A DNA stretch of 63,602 bases, counting the filler, from Sphacelaria rigidula (Eukaryota), in the NCBI GenBank assembly GCA_964200075.2. It is 10 parts of 10 records of this genome, joined end to end, with 100 filler letters (N's around TTAATTAATTAA, not from the genome) between each part and the next. Parts side by side here need not be neighbours in the genome. Positions count along the whole stretch, not along the records: positions 19,113 to 25,382 come from CAXNAA020021101.1; positions 25,483 to 31,752 come from CAXNAA020021102.1; positions 31,853 to 38,122 come from CAXNAA020021103.1; 7 more parts are not named here. One strand, 5' to 3'. Numbering within the stretch: position 1 is the first letter of the stretch; each line of letters begins with the position of its first letter. The notes under the pieces were generated by a model. That model made no database searches. It worked only from the letters and a program-made list of their open reading frames with translations, and was not told the origin of the DNA. Below, in pieces: positions 23,701 through 36,930 of the stretch. The translations under genes and the position numbers were made by a program.

Positions 23701-25482
23701 CCGCAGCATATAATACTTCAATATCCAGTGCTTGTAAGACAACAACCTCTGGCCCTACTGGCTCAAGTGCTGCGCATAGCTCTCCTACCGCATCCCCCCT
23801 CCCCAGGCGTTCCTCTCTGGACCGGCGTCAACTTCGTGCGCAGAAAATCAAACAGAAAACAAATCCAAAAAACGCTCCCCCCGCACACCATCATCACAGC
23901 AAGTGCATCTCTACGCAAGACAGCAGAGAGATACTGCAGGAACATAGGGATCAAAGGAGAGAATATTGCCTTGATCCTGGACCAACACTCCCAACAGCGC
24001 CGTGTATCGAGAGCAGCACGACAGTGCGGGCCTTGTGTAGTCCCTCGCGCCAACCACAGGCACAGTTTAGGTATACGTCGTTTGAAGATATTTTGCTGGC
24101 CGTACGTGAACTCGTACCAAACGCACCTCGGTCGCCATAGCTGTGCAACGGAGAAAATATCACCGACTCTCTGAAGGAAGCGAAGGCGCGCCACTCCAAA
24201 AGCTATCGTCTTCGTCCAGAGCTGTGCTTCTCACCAGCAGCGTATACGTGTCTCTCAGGAGTTCCGGCTTTTGAAGCTGGATGGGATCATCCCCGTGGCT
24301 GCCGCGCGCACACTTCATGCTACGCGTAACACCTGTGTTATTATTTATTATGGTGACTTTTTTCTGTTGTTCAATGTTTTCTGTTGTTTAATGTTTTTTT
24401 TTCTTGGTTACTCGTACCTGTTCGTTCTAACCATTGCGCCCTTGTGCGTTTTAACCTTGAAAAGTTAACAAAATGTTGTCCTGAAAAAATAAAAGACCAC
24501 AGTACTTGAGACTAATGCCGAGATAGCCCCCCCACAAAAAGTGCACCGGAGACCGTCCGACAAAACAGCTGCGATCCCACTATTATTGGGCTCGCTTGCA
24601 GCAATTTCGCCCACCTGAAAGACTTGTAGCAGTCCGAAATCGGCTATAACGCCCAAATGAGTCGCGTCGTGCAGCACGAAACCAGCTTTAACGGCATTTC
24701 AGATAATCGCCCCCGTGCACTTTTTTGGCCGGTTCGGGGGGGGGACTATCTCGGCAGCAGTCTTGAATCTTCATCAGAAAATTCACACTACACTAGAATG
24801 CATTATTTACATAGTGTGATCACAACGGAAACTCATGACTGATGATGCTGTTCAACGTGTGGACAATAAGGATGCGAGTAGAGAAGCATCACACAGCAAG
24901 CAAACGTGATACAGAGGCGATGCTTTCGTACGTATGGGTCAGATTATATAGCGCAAAGACTAATTCCAAGTAAATCATTTCCAAAACTCGAACTGTCTCG
25001 CTACATTATTATAAAGCACGTTCGTGTATATGTATATCATATCGTAGCACAACAAAGGGTATGTGACATATCTACCATGGTAGATATGCCATACCCTTTG
25101 AAGCACAAGCTTGATTTTAGAGTGCAATTCGTGAAACATGTTTTCCCGGCCTTCTAGTACCCGCAGTCACAGTACTGTACGGGCACAGAGCGACGGCGAG
25201 ATCATACCCATGAACGACATCAGGGACGCACAAGCGGTGCTCTATCTATTTGCATACCGTTTTTTGTACCCATGTTTGCTTTGAGCGTCGCTGTGTCTGC
25301 CGTAGTGTTGATGTAGCCGGGGTTGGCGTTGCAGTCTCTATTATTTATTTTATTATTATATTATATCCGTCACATTAGCTCGNNNNNNNNNNNNNNNNNN
25401 NNNNNNNNNNNNNNNNNNNNNNNNNNTTAATTAATTAANNNNNNNNNNNNNNNNNNNNNNNNNNNNNNNNNNNNNNNNNNNN

Positions 25483-25611
25483 GGTCAAATGACTAAGGCA
25501 AGCAACAAATGAGTACGCCCCCCCCCCCACGACGCTCCGCGCCGTCTCGAAAGGGATGCGTGGTCAATGGTCACACGACTGAGGCAAACAACAAATGAGT
25601 ACCCCCCCCCC
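25483..25611 (+). repeat. Tandem pair of subfamily B structured elements
   Basis: Two units, each ending ATGAGTAC..(C)n-ACGACG. Confidence 0.8.
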
Positions 25612-25814
25612 ACGACGTAAGCGCTGCGTAGTTTCTTGTCCTCAACTGTGGATAACACTTGGTCTTAGTACTCAAAGTACGGCACAAAGGTGTTGTCTCT
25701 GCCGGGTCCACTTTAAGAGGGGATGTTATTTTTCCTTTTATTCTGAAACTCGATGACCGGTAGACATGCGCTATCCTCCCTTGAGCATGGTCTATACCTT
25801 TTTGCCCCTCCCAG

Positions 25815-28800
25815 GTGGACCCGAGTCAGGGAGCGTGCCTGGACAACGAAACTGGTCTTTTAGTGAATCATGCTTACGGCTTAGTTGACATGAAGGTGAA
25901 GGCAATCAAAACCAACGACGTTTCGAGACGCATGTTCCCCGGCGTGTTATATCTTCGAAAACATCCGTAGATATGATTTGGAGTCGTGCCGTTCTCGATT
26001 GACACGCGTTGGTACCAGACAATAGAGACCGTACATTCTGAGTGATACCAAATAACAATGAAATATCAGTACATTTAGTCGCTGTGCAAGGGTAGTGGCG
26101 GCAGTTTGAGCTTTCACTGGTCCAAAGATGAACCCTGCGGTGCAGCACACGAGTTTTTCAAGCGCTGTGGTTGTCCTTCTTTCCGATCGAGCGTAGGTTC
26201 TGCAAAATGGAAGATCGTTCGGGTGGAGTCACCAGGCCTGTGGCGAGTTTCATCGTAAGGGCAAGCATTTCATAGGAGATCTCATGATCCACTGGCGCCG
26301 TTCATTGATTCCTCGTTCATAGGAATGCTCGGGATTTCGGCTCGTTCGATTACGTAGCCCATGGTCTGAAGGAGATTGGCAGGGCGATTGGTCAGACGGG
26401 TCACCGCTGTGGGAGGACTATCCTGAGGTATCAGCCGTGATACGTCCTTACGAAAGCTACCTCTATGCTGTGACTGCCGATTGCGTCGGCATGTCGTTGC
26501 AAACTAGCGAGTACCCTTGCGAAGAAGGAAGGCTATATTATCCTCCTCGACGATGACATCATTTGTTTCCGTGCTGGGCTAACATGTCTGTAGCCACTTC
26601 CTACAAATTTCTGTACACGTCGGTAAACTGCACAGGAACCGTGGGTAAGGTACCGTACCGAGTGTACCCCCGGTATTTACCGGGGTATCCCATACCGTGG
26701 TATGCGTAGATATCGTAGGTATGAGTTTTACAAACACCTGATTGAGCGGGTACAGTAGGTACTGAAATATCGAAATACCGTGGTATCATAGGTATCGTGT
26801 GTATGAGTTTTGAAAATACCTGATTGAGCGGGTACGGTAGGTACTGAAATTTCAAAATACCGCGGTATCGTAGGTATGAGTTTTGAAAATACCCGATTGG
26901 GCAGGTACGGTAGGTGCTGGTATCTCGAAATACCGTGGCATCGTGGGTATCGTAGGTATGAGTTTTGAAAATACCCGATTGGGTCGGTATCGGTAGGGTA
27001 TGAGATGTCCTAAATACCGGTACCGGGCACCTACCTTACCTACGGTGCCTGTGGCAAACTACAGTCGCTTACCTTTTACGCGATGCCAGTCTTAAGTCCT
27101 CTCATTTGTTTGTTACGCTCATTCTCCTCTCTATTTTTTGCGGGCGATAAAGGGTAATGAACTCTTACACTTGTGTCCATTACCAAAAAGGTGTATTCTG
27201 ACGTGTCCGAAGATACCAGCAGCCCGTGGCAGCGAGATAGCCACGACGGCACGTTCTGGATGGTATTTTCAGACTTCGCGCGCTTGTTTTCTAAGGTGTG
27301 CCTCTGCCGCGTCTTCCCCGACGAGGAATATCGGCAGTACTGTATACATGGTGAGTTAGGTAACCTGTTCCAAAGGTGACACAGCGCAACGGCGGGGAGC
27401 TTATAATGGCTAAAAAAACCACACTGAGCTCCCATGTGCCATAAACAAAGATGTCGCCCAGGATTTCTTTTTTAGTGTTCAGGTTGGCCGTCACATTTAT
27501 TTCGTGTTTTCGCCGTGACAGGAGAGTGGACCGGGAAAACCGCCGGTGGATCGGCGAAGCCACTGCGACGCGGTTCTGTCTCTAGATTGCAGAAAGACAG
27601 TCAGGTGAGTATTTTATCGACTACATGGTAGCCGATGCCACCACTGTATGATCTTAGTCGCTAGTCGGGAGATAGCACGGCTGGAAAAGTGTCACGAGAT
27701 ACACATCTTTTCAGGTATCCCTGCCCGACGACGTGATCATTGCCTTGAAATCTATCAAGGGCAGGTCGAGTAGAGTATACTCACTACAGTATTTTCAGGG
27801 CTATACACGTTACACGTTCACGTTCACGTTACGTTCATCACGTAATTTTTTAACGTTCACGTTACATGACACACGTTACGTAAAAAAATATAACGTTACG
27901 CTAACGTTACATTTGAAAATTCAAGGTGACGTTCACGTTACGTTCATCACGTAAAAAAAAGAATTAACGTTACGTCAACGTTACATTTGAAAAGTTCACG
28001 TTACGTTCACGTTACGTTCATCACGTAAAAACACTGAACGTTCACGTTACGCTTCGACCAAAACGTAACGTGAACGTAACGTGTAACGCTATGGCACGTG
28101 TAACGTGTATAGTCCTGGCTGTACATGTACACGTTCACGTTCGCGTTGCGTTCATCACGTAAAAACAATTAACGTTAACGTCACGTGACGTGTGTCACGA
28201 AAAAAAAATTACGTTACGTTAACGTTTCATTTGGAAATTTAACGTTACGTTCACGTTACTTTCATCACGTGAAAAAAAAATAACGTTACGTTAACGTTCC
28301 ATTTGAAAATTTAACGTTACGTTTTCCTTACGTTCATCACGTAAAAAAAATTGACGTTCACGTTACCTTTCGGCCAAAACGTAACGTGAACGTCACGTGT
28401 AACGCTATGGCACATGTAACGTGTATAGCCCTGAGTATTTTCGAAGAGTCATACTTTTAGTACTCAAATTTTGAGTAGAGTATTTTGAGGTCGTACTCCA
28501 TCTACTCAAATTTTGAGTAGAGTATTTGAGGCCGTACTCGACCTATCCAAAATTTGAGTAGAGCATTAAGGTCATACCCAAGTGATACTCCATACTCAAG
28601 TATTACTGAGAGTGCTTACTCAATATTTGAGCAGAGTATTGGAGGTGGTACTCGATCAACTCAAGTTTTGAGTAGAGTATTTGAGGCCGTTCTTGATCTC
28701 CTCAAAGTTTGAGTAGAATATTTTGAGACCGTACTCCTCGACGATCCGTCGACTCGACTACTCAATGACGATGAGTAGCGCTCTGTACTGAAAATGATAT

Positions 28801-31468
28801 CCAAGGAGTTGAGAGGTATCAAGTATGAACTGTCATGGGTGGGGGCAGGTGAGCTGGGGTAGGTAGGTTCATTCACCTGCACGTTTTGTTTTTTGTTTTT
28901 TCATGGCTATTGTTTGCTCATTATCATTGTAGCCCGTGACGTACCGCCACTCATCTAATTGATGGCTATCGTTGGCCCATGTATTCAAGATAGTCTGTGA
29001 AGGGTCGTCACGAAGTCGCCGACGGTCACGGTTGCTTATCATACCCAAGTGATACTCTATACTCGAGTATTACTGAGAGTGCTTACTCAATATTTGAGTT
29101 GGGTATTGAAGATGGTACTCCATCTACTCAAATTTTGAGTAAAGGATTTGAGGCCGTACTTAACCTACTCAAAAATTGAGTAGAGTATATGAGGCCATAC
29201 TCGACCTACTCAAAGTATGAGTAGAGTATTAAGGTCATACCGACGTGATACTCTATACTCAAGTATTACTGAGAGTGCTTACTCAATATTGGAGTATAGT
29301 ATCTGAGGCCGTATTCAATCTACTCAAATTTTGAGTACGGTATTTCAGGCGGTACTTAACCTACTCAAAAATTGAGTAGAGTATATGAGGCCATACTCGA
29401 CCTACTCAAAGTATGAGTAGAGTATTAAGGTCATACCGAAGTGATACTCTATACTCAAGTACTACTGAGAGTGCTTACTTAATATTTGAGTATAATATCT
29501 GAGGCCGTATTCAATCTACTCAAAATTTGAGTACGGTATTTGAGGCGGTACTTAACCTACTCAAAAATTGAGTAGAGTATTTGAGGTCGCACTCGACGTA
29601 CTCAAAAATTGAGTAGTGTATTTGAGGCCGTACTCGGCCTACTCAAAATATGAGTTGAGTAAATACTCGGGTATTTTACTTGGATACTCAAAAGTACATA
29701 CTCTACTCGACCTACCCTTGAAATCTATCAACCGCTGTCGAAATGGACATGATGGCAAGAGAGAAACCGGTTGATTCCGTAATCCACTGATCGTTGTGCG
29801 CACAGGAAAAAATGAAAGACTCTCTTCGCCGCGAGAGTGTGGTTCATATCCAAGACGACAGCGACCCATATTGGTTCAACAACCCACAGTATCGACTGAC
29901 GGTTAATGATCCCACGGAGGTAGGGGAGATTTCATGTCGTTGGATATTTTAAGTAGTGCCCTTGGATGGTTGACGGTAGATGGTAGACGATAGACGAACC
30001 GCAGTTGCGTAATATCAATGCTCGTTTGAAAATAAATCGGTGGTTATGGTCGCTCGTGGCCGAGCCATCGCTCGCATTGGGTGATAGGCTGACTGTACTT
30101 GGCTGCCTTTTGAATTGTTAATATCGGCTGTACGCCCACTCTGTTCATTTCTCTTCAGTAATCTTCGCGGCTTCGTACGCACGCGCGTCGCCAACTCAGC
30201 ACACCACCATCCACACACACCAGTCACCTACCCATTGCTTACGCTGACAGGTTCATATCAGTTTGATGCAGCAGGACAGAAGATCAGCGAACCACTTGCG
30301 AGATAACTATCGCATAGCCTTCGAGATCATGCGGACAAAGCGTCACAACACACATAAAAGGTCCAGTTCTGCATGCCCGATGCTACACTTGATTTTGTCG
30401 AAAAATAATTGGGAGTAAGGAGTGCCACTAGTGTCCGCTTTCATATCTTCAAATATGTACCCAAGTATTTGCCACCAAGGAGAGCAATCTCTGAAGGCAT
30501 TGACTTGACGTCTCCTTGCAAGACCCCAGGTGGCGAGACTAGGTTTATGTGTATGCTGCTGCGGTTGTCTTGAGTCTTTCGACCCGGACAGCTATCTCAC
30601 TCGGACAACCACTGGTAGACGGAGCGTAGACAATTAACTCGGACATCAAATCATGTTGTCTCATAGGATCTGGGAGAGGAGGCAGGACGATGTTGTGGCT
30701 GATTCACACGAATCGTTCTTCGCGAGCGCGCGTGCGGAACGAGAGGTAACGAGGACAAGCGTTAAGATCGATCCGAGGTGCGTGCGGAAAACAGTTCGAT
30801 GAGTCCAAGTGTTCCCCGTCCTCGCGACTGGGCGATATGACGACAGAGGAAAATGATTGCAATGTGCCCACGGCGGGCTGTCTCTGACTTGCGTCGTCAG
30901 CACGAGAGACGCAATGCCCTATAATCTGGTATTTGTCGCCCTTCTCTTGCGGCAACTATACTGCTCAGCACCATTCAAATAGCTACACTCTTCAAGCCTG
31001 TCGTTGCCTCAGGCACGCCTACAACATCGTCCCACATTCGATGGAGCAGAAACGCGAGGGGAAGTTCACGCTTCGAATTTTCAGCAGAAGAGACGTATGT
31101 GTCGAACCGGTGGCGGAGACACACACTGTGGTGAGCCATCTCGCACTGTTTAGCTGGCCCTCCACATATTCGCAAATGGAGATGCCACGAAGCCCCCCTA
31201 TCGAAACTCTGCAGTACTTCACCACGGCAACGACCGAACGGATTTGACGGAACTGAGCCACCCTTTTGCTGTTGCACCCTCCCTACTTCCCCCCTGCGGT
31301 GCTCCGACGCCATGGTTGTAGTATCTACACGGATCGTGGGATCGCACGTCAGAGCGCGACACTGCTGGAGGTCCCCTTCGACTGGTCGATGAGAACAAAG
31401 GCGTGAAGAACAACCCCAAGTGGTGCCAGAACCCCCAATATCTTCTCAACATCCCTCCAGGGCAAGTG
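25815..31468 (+). CDS. Calpain-like protein, partial: C-terminal half of the CysPc domain plus one complete and one partial calpain domain III; 9 exons
   Basis: GT-AG exons with consistent phases: 25815-25895 (..GLLVNHAYGLVDMK), 26323-26427 (ECSGFRLVRLRSPWSEGDWQGDWSDGSPLWEDYPE), 27191-27350 (..DGTFWMVFSDFARLFSKVCLCR..), 27522-27604 (GEWTGKTAGG..), 29806-29919 (..WFNNPQYRLTV..), 30251-30360 (VHISLMQQDRR..), 30667-30777 (..EREV..), 31013-31130 (..YNIVPHSMEQKREGKFTLRIFS..), 31322-~31468 (GSW..TAGG..WCQNPQYLL..). The catalytic Cys exon lies outside the contig. Confidence 0.92.
26631..27053. mobile_element. hAT-like MITE in a calpain intron
   Basis: TIR CACAGGAACCGTGGGTAAGGTA / TACCTTACCTACGGTGCCTGTG; imperfect 8-bp TSD gtaaactg/gcaaacta; internal GTATGAGTTTTGAAAATACC repeats. 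Confidence 0.7.
27756..29720. mobile_element. hAT-like non-autonomous element with an internal ~40-bp satellite-like array, in a calpain intron
   Basis: TIR CAAGGGCAGGTCGAGTAGAGTA / TACTCTACTCGACCTACCCTTG; perfect 8-bp TSD AAATCTAT; many TACTCAAA..TTGAGTAGAGTATT units. Confidence 0.88.
27796..28433. mobile_element. Dimeric hAT-like MITE (ACGTT-rich) nested in the 27756-29720 element
   Basis: TIR CAGGGCTATACACGTTACA / TGTAACGTGTATAGCCCTG; perfect 8-bp TSD AGTATTTT; an extra internal right end at ~28117 marks two tandem units. Confidence 0.88.
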
Positions 31469-31852
31469 GTGAAGAGTAGCTCGAGCAGACATTGCGTCGA
31501 ACGAATCGACTTAAACTCGAAGCACTACGTGTGGCCAAAGTGGATAAATATGCCACCTACCCTAGCCACCCATTGCTTTTCCCTTTGTAGTTTTCCTCGC
31601 GGTAATTACATCATTCATTCCTCCCCTTTTTGTCGAATGCGATTGATGGTCAAACGACTAAGATAAGCAACAAATGAGTGCCCCCCCCCCGCCATTTTTT
31701 GTTGAATGGGTACGGTATTGATCGGAAGGGCGAACGGAGGGAATCGGGTCACNNNNNNNNNNNNNNNNNNNNNNNNNNNNNNNNNNNNNNNNNNNNTTAA
31801 TTAATTAANNNNNNNNNNNNNNNNNNNNNNNNNNNNNNNNNNNNNNNNNNNN

Positions 31853-34800
31853 TTGGATTGTATGGGTGGGTTTGGGGAGGATGTCGGAGGCGATTTCGGA
31901 GTTGGCTTGCTTTTAGATTTCTGTTGGCTGGCAGATTTGGATGCTCCACGTGATTTTTTTAGTGGCGGCACCTGAAACTGAGCGATTGCGCGGCGATTGA
32001 GAATCTGTTGAAACGCCAAAGAACTGACTGTGACGCCAGCGAGAGATGCAGCCTCGTGGTGGCGTGCTCGGTCAACAGCTTCCTGTAGGGAAGTTACCCC
32101 GGTGCGCAGAAGAGGCTGCGGCAGCGGGGCGACCGTGGTGTCTGTATCCACGGTGCGGACGAAACCTCGGTCACACCGAGGAAAGGTACTTTATAAAACT
32201 TGGAACACCTCGCCAACAATGAACACGGCAGCGGGACTCAGCAAGCGTCATCCACGCAGACTGGTGAACGCAAACGCGGCACCTCCAAGCGTACCGTTGT
32301 CTTCAACGCCTCAAATGCTATGGATGACGACGATTGAAGGTGTGCCACGAATTCAGCGTCCGCGCTTGTAGGGGTAAGTTCGAATGCTGATTGTCTGAAG
32401 TCTAGCATGGGCGTGAAGAGAAAAAAATCTCTCACCACGTCAGTAGCACACAGTCCAGTGTCTTACGGTGTATCTCAATATACTCCGGTGCCTACCTTGG
32501 ATGAAGTTAGTGATATCCCCACTTGCTCATCAATGGATGTTATGTCAGATTGTGAAGTAAGTTCAACGATCGGATCCCCGCCTGTTTCGAACAAGTCTAG
32601 TAGGAAGACACTGGCCTCAACCACTTCCTCCGTATCAAAAAAATGTTCGAAACGTGCCCGCTGTGAATCTGTAACGACAGTATCCAATACGTCTACTGCA
32701 ACCCCCAGTATGAGTGCTGCCATACATGATGAATCCCATCGAACATGGTATGCCTCTTCATTGGCTTCTGTAGACAATTCATTCTCGTTGTCGTTTTCTT
32801 TCCAGCGTGTACGTGACACAGGCTCAATCAACGGTCAAGTCACACCTGATATAACGTTAGACGCTGCTACTGACGTCTCAGTGGCATCGATAGCATTTTA
32901 AAGAATAATCTCGTGCTTCGATCAATCCCACTACATCCTGTCCCTCCCTCTGCCGTAAATTTACGTGCAGCTAACGGTTCACCCCTACAAATCCTGGGGT
33001 TCGCCCGTTTCAAACTCAAGCTGGGTAAAACAACCCGCTCCATCGAAGCACTTGTCGTCCCTTCACTTGGTCCTGACTTGTTGCCACTCGATAATCACTG
33101 TATGTCTAAGTTTGGTGCCACCCTTGATTGGGCAAATCAAACATCGTCTTTCCCTCATGATAGCTTCTCTATCCCAGCCATTCATCGGGAAAATAGTAGC
33201 AACCCCTCATCACAGACGCCTACTGATCAACAATCAGAAATGGTTTCGGTAGTGGCTTTGCATAGAGATGCTGAAGAAATTCCGGTAATACTGCTAGCGC
33301 GGGTCACGCTCAAACCTCAGCATAAGGCAGTCGTCGAAGCTTTTACAGAATATTTGCCAGCGACTAATTGTACAGTGATTGTCGAACGTCGTCTTGTCTC
33401 TAGCGATGAAATGTCACACCCTGACAGTCCAGGAGTGTTTGAATCACTAATAATCGCCCATACATTGGCGACATGGTCTGCTACAGACGGTTTCGTGGCA
33501 GTAAAAATCGCTTATCTATCGTCTCACGAAGTACCATTGCTAGCAAGATTAGTTTTGGGTAATCTCATCACTGTATCTGTCGAAACCCAGAACATTTACA
33601 TGTCAATGCTGTAACGAGAGTCGCCCGAACAGTATCTGAAGTCAACAAAGCAATAGGCGAGCTTAGAAATCCACTGTCCAAATCTTTCGAAGGCTCCACG
33701 TTTATCAAGTCTCAAAAAGACAGCCTTCTCAATTTATGCGCGAAATTCCGCCCTGTTTTCTCTCTGTCAGTGCAGGAGTTGGGCACATGCACCATCACAG
33801 AAGCAGATCTCCCGCTCAAACCAAACACCCGTCCTGTCGATAAAACCCCTTATCGTTCCAATCTCCGCACCCGTGCGATTATTGATAAATGCGTGAAGGA
33901 CATGCTCGAGTGGAACATTATTAAAGAGCGTCCCAGCGCTTGGGGTTCTCCTGTCCATGTTGTCGCGAAAGAGAATGGTGAACCACGATTTTGTGTTGGT
34001 TACCGTGGAACATTGGCCCATCTCTCATCCGCAAAACATGGCTTCTTTCAAATATCGACACATATCTTGATGCAGTTGGCGGTGCAAATCTATTACGGTC
34101 ATGGATGTCATGAGTGTGTATTGGCAAATACCAGTACCCGAAAAAGACATGGATAAAACCGCTTTTGTCACCGAACGTGGTAAGGATTTCTTCCGTCGTC
34201 TCCCATTCGGCATATTATGTGCTCCATGGATTTTTCAACGCACCATGGCTATGGCTCTCGGTCACATAAGGCCAGATTATGGATTTTTTTGCTACATGGA
34301 TGACATCATCTGCCTTAGTTCCACGTTCGAGGAACATCTGAAATCCCTCGAACGTACATTCGCAGCCTTACAAGCCGTGGGCTTAACTCTCAAGCCCTCA
34401 AAAATCCGTTTCGGCCCCGAATTGGTCTCATACCTTGGCCATGTCATTTCTGCCGATGATATTTCAGTAGGTCAAGACCGCATTCAAGCTATCAACGACT
34501 TGCCTACTCCGTCTTGTATCAAAGACCTTCGCTCTGTCCTGGGCATGGTAAATTTTGTGCGTCGATTTATCAAAGATTACGCCGACATCGCAGCACCTCT
34601 GGTCGATCTCACTCGAATAGAATTCACCATCAAACGCCTGTTCAAGAAGGCATGGAGAATTGAACAAGATAACGCCTTCGCTCACATTAGCGATTACTCA
34701 CACCAGCACCAGTCCTAAAAAGTCCGGATTTCTCTTGAGAGTTTGTCGTACACTGCGATGCTGGTGATCTTGGTTCAGGGTCATTCCTCGGGCAGCAGTC

Positions 34801-36930
34801 TAAAGACAGCACCAACACGAACGACGTTGACATGATCGCATATTTCTCGAAGTGTTTCTCCAAATCACAGCGTCACTATAGTCCCACGATGAAATAATGT
34901 TACAGTGTTGTCTGGTCTCTACTTCACTGGAGGTCCTATCTTTGGGGTCGTCATTTCACTTGCTGGACAGATCACCAAGCTCTCACGCATTCATATAATA
35001 TGCAAGACACCAGCAACATGCTAACTCGATGGTCAATCAAACTGCAGAGCTTCGATTTCACGGTGAAACATGTTCCCGGGAAATTAAACGTTGTGCCAGA
35101 TGCGTTATCTCGCCTATTTGGTGGCACAAATGGTGAAGAAATTCCATCGGAACCCAGATTAGCAGCCATCTGCTGTAACGTACCAGATGATCGACCGTAT
35201 CATCGCCCGTCCCTCCAAGAACTCGAAGTATCTGCCTATCAATTAGATTATATACTTCCTGTCGAGAGCGACCGCGACATGTTCACAAGTGCAGTATCTA
35301 TCTTCCCCGTTGTAGATCCCATTCAAATTGCGAAACAGCAACATGAAGATCTCGGTCCTTACATTGACTGTCTCAATAATCCTAAGTCGTCCCCCCTGCC
35401 TCCGGAACCACTCACACGATGAGCTATTTTTTCCTCCACGAGAATTTGCTTTTCCGCTCTTACCTACCAGGTAATTTGAGGAAACGAAGCGATCTTCGAG
35501 ATCAATTAGTGGTACCTGATAAATTACGTCCCCTTATCATGAAAGCGTGCCATCACCTTCCCGCTTCTGGTGGTCATCTAGAGTTCAAAGGTACTTTCGA
35601 TCGAGTGCGTGACAAGTACTGCTTGCCCACAGTACACACTGATGTTAAAAGCCACGTTGACTGTTGCCAATCATGTCAAAGGCGCAAGTCCTCAACACGG
35701 CCACCGGTGTTACCGGTCGGTCACCGTCATATCACAAGAACATTTCAGTGCGTCGCGGTCGACCTCGTTGAGTGTAAGTCCCGCTCCCGAGGAAATCGAT
35801 ACATCTTGTCAGAAATTGATCACTTGACACGATTTGTAGTCCTCATTGCTATTTCCAACAAAGAGGCTATAACCGTCGCCCATCACATAGTGGGACGTGT
35901 CTTTTCCATCTTTGGCCCTCCCGAGACCTTACATTCAGACCAGGGTCCAGAGTTCAAAAACGAACTCGTCAGAGAACTTCAAACCGTATTCGGGTATGAG
36001 AAGACTCGAACCACACCATATCGTCGCCAAGGTAACTCTGTTCTCGAACGAGTCCACAGTATGGTACACAAAATGTTCGCGATGTACAGTGATATTGCGT
36101 ATTCTAACTGGGCAGATATGTTGCTGTTTGTCCAACTGGCACATAACACAGCCTATCCACCCACGCTTCACGAAACACCACACTTTTTGATGTTGGGCCG
36201 TCCCGCCGCACTACCCATCGATCTTATCCTTGATGTGCCGTCAACATCCGCACCCCAGTCTCCCCTGGATGATACGCGCGAAACTGTCAATAAATTGCAA
36301 TTAGCATATGAATTGGTTCGCCGGAATCTCAGAGAACGGTCGGACAAACAAGCTAGTGCAAGCGAAAAGGTATCATTCCCCAAATTTGTCACAGGTGATC
36401 AAGTCCTGATCTACCGTCCTTAAACGGACACTGATGGCCCCAACCCTAAGCTAATCAACCCATAGCGTGGACCATACACTGTTCGTAGTCAGATATCGCC
36501 AGTCGTTTATCGTGTCAGTAAAGATGGCGAAATATCCGAAATATCCGTCCACCTCGGCAGACTAAAAAAATATCGAGCTCAGTCCTCCCCATCTCCCGTT
36601 GACCACGAAGTCCTGGACGAATTGCTCTTAGAAACAAAGTTGCCAATCCCCGATTTGAGCGGTGACAAATCAGTCAAATCAATCACGTTTGGCTTGTTCA
36701 CAATCGCGGGAGTAGATGGTCACAAAAAAGGTGTGGGAGCAGCATCGAAAACGAACTTTCATTATCACCTGAAATTTAAAGATCACCCCCTTCATTGTGG
36801 TGTGTGGCGTCATGTCTCTGCCCTACCCCAATGCACGGAGATGATCGCGTCATATCGTGCGGAAGTCTTGTCGCGGAATTCCACCGCCTTTGATCCGCCA
36901 CAACGGGAATCGCGATCCGTTTTCTCCTGA
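31853..36930 (+). mobile_element. Decayed Ty3/gypsy LTR retrotransposon (protease-RT-RNase H-integrase, chromodomain-like tail)
   Basis: Protease-like TLDAATDVS..LRAANGSPLQILG; RT PSAWGSPV..PRFCV, YWQIPV..DKTAF..LPFG..YMDDII; RNase H VHCDA..AYFSK..TDHQAL..LTRWSIKLQSFDFTVKHVPGKLNVVPDALSR; integrase H..GGH..C-x2-C, VAVDL, HSDQGPEF, LERVH. The order RT-RH-INT is gypsy. Multiple stops and frameshifts. Confidence 0.95.

Noticed and set aside
22140..24200. Possible exons or long ORFs in contig 4 (e.g. 22996-23117, ORFs 23506-24174 and 23763-24194)
   Set aside because: Some splice-like boundaries exist, but no recognisable protein motif or consistent exon chain could be built.
28440..29700. CRISPR-like array
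   Set aside because: Units are degenerate tandem repeats without unique spacers, lie inside a TIR/TSD-bounded element in a eukaryotic intron, and no cas genes are present.
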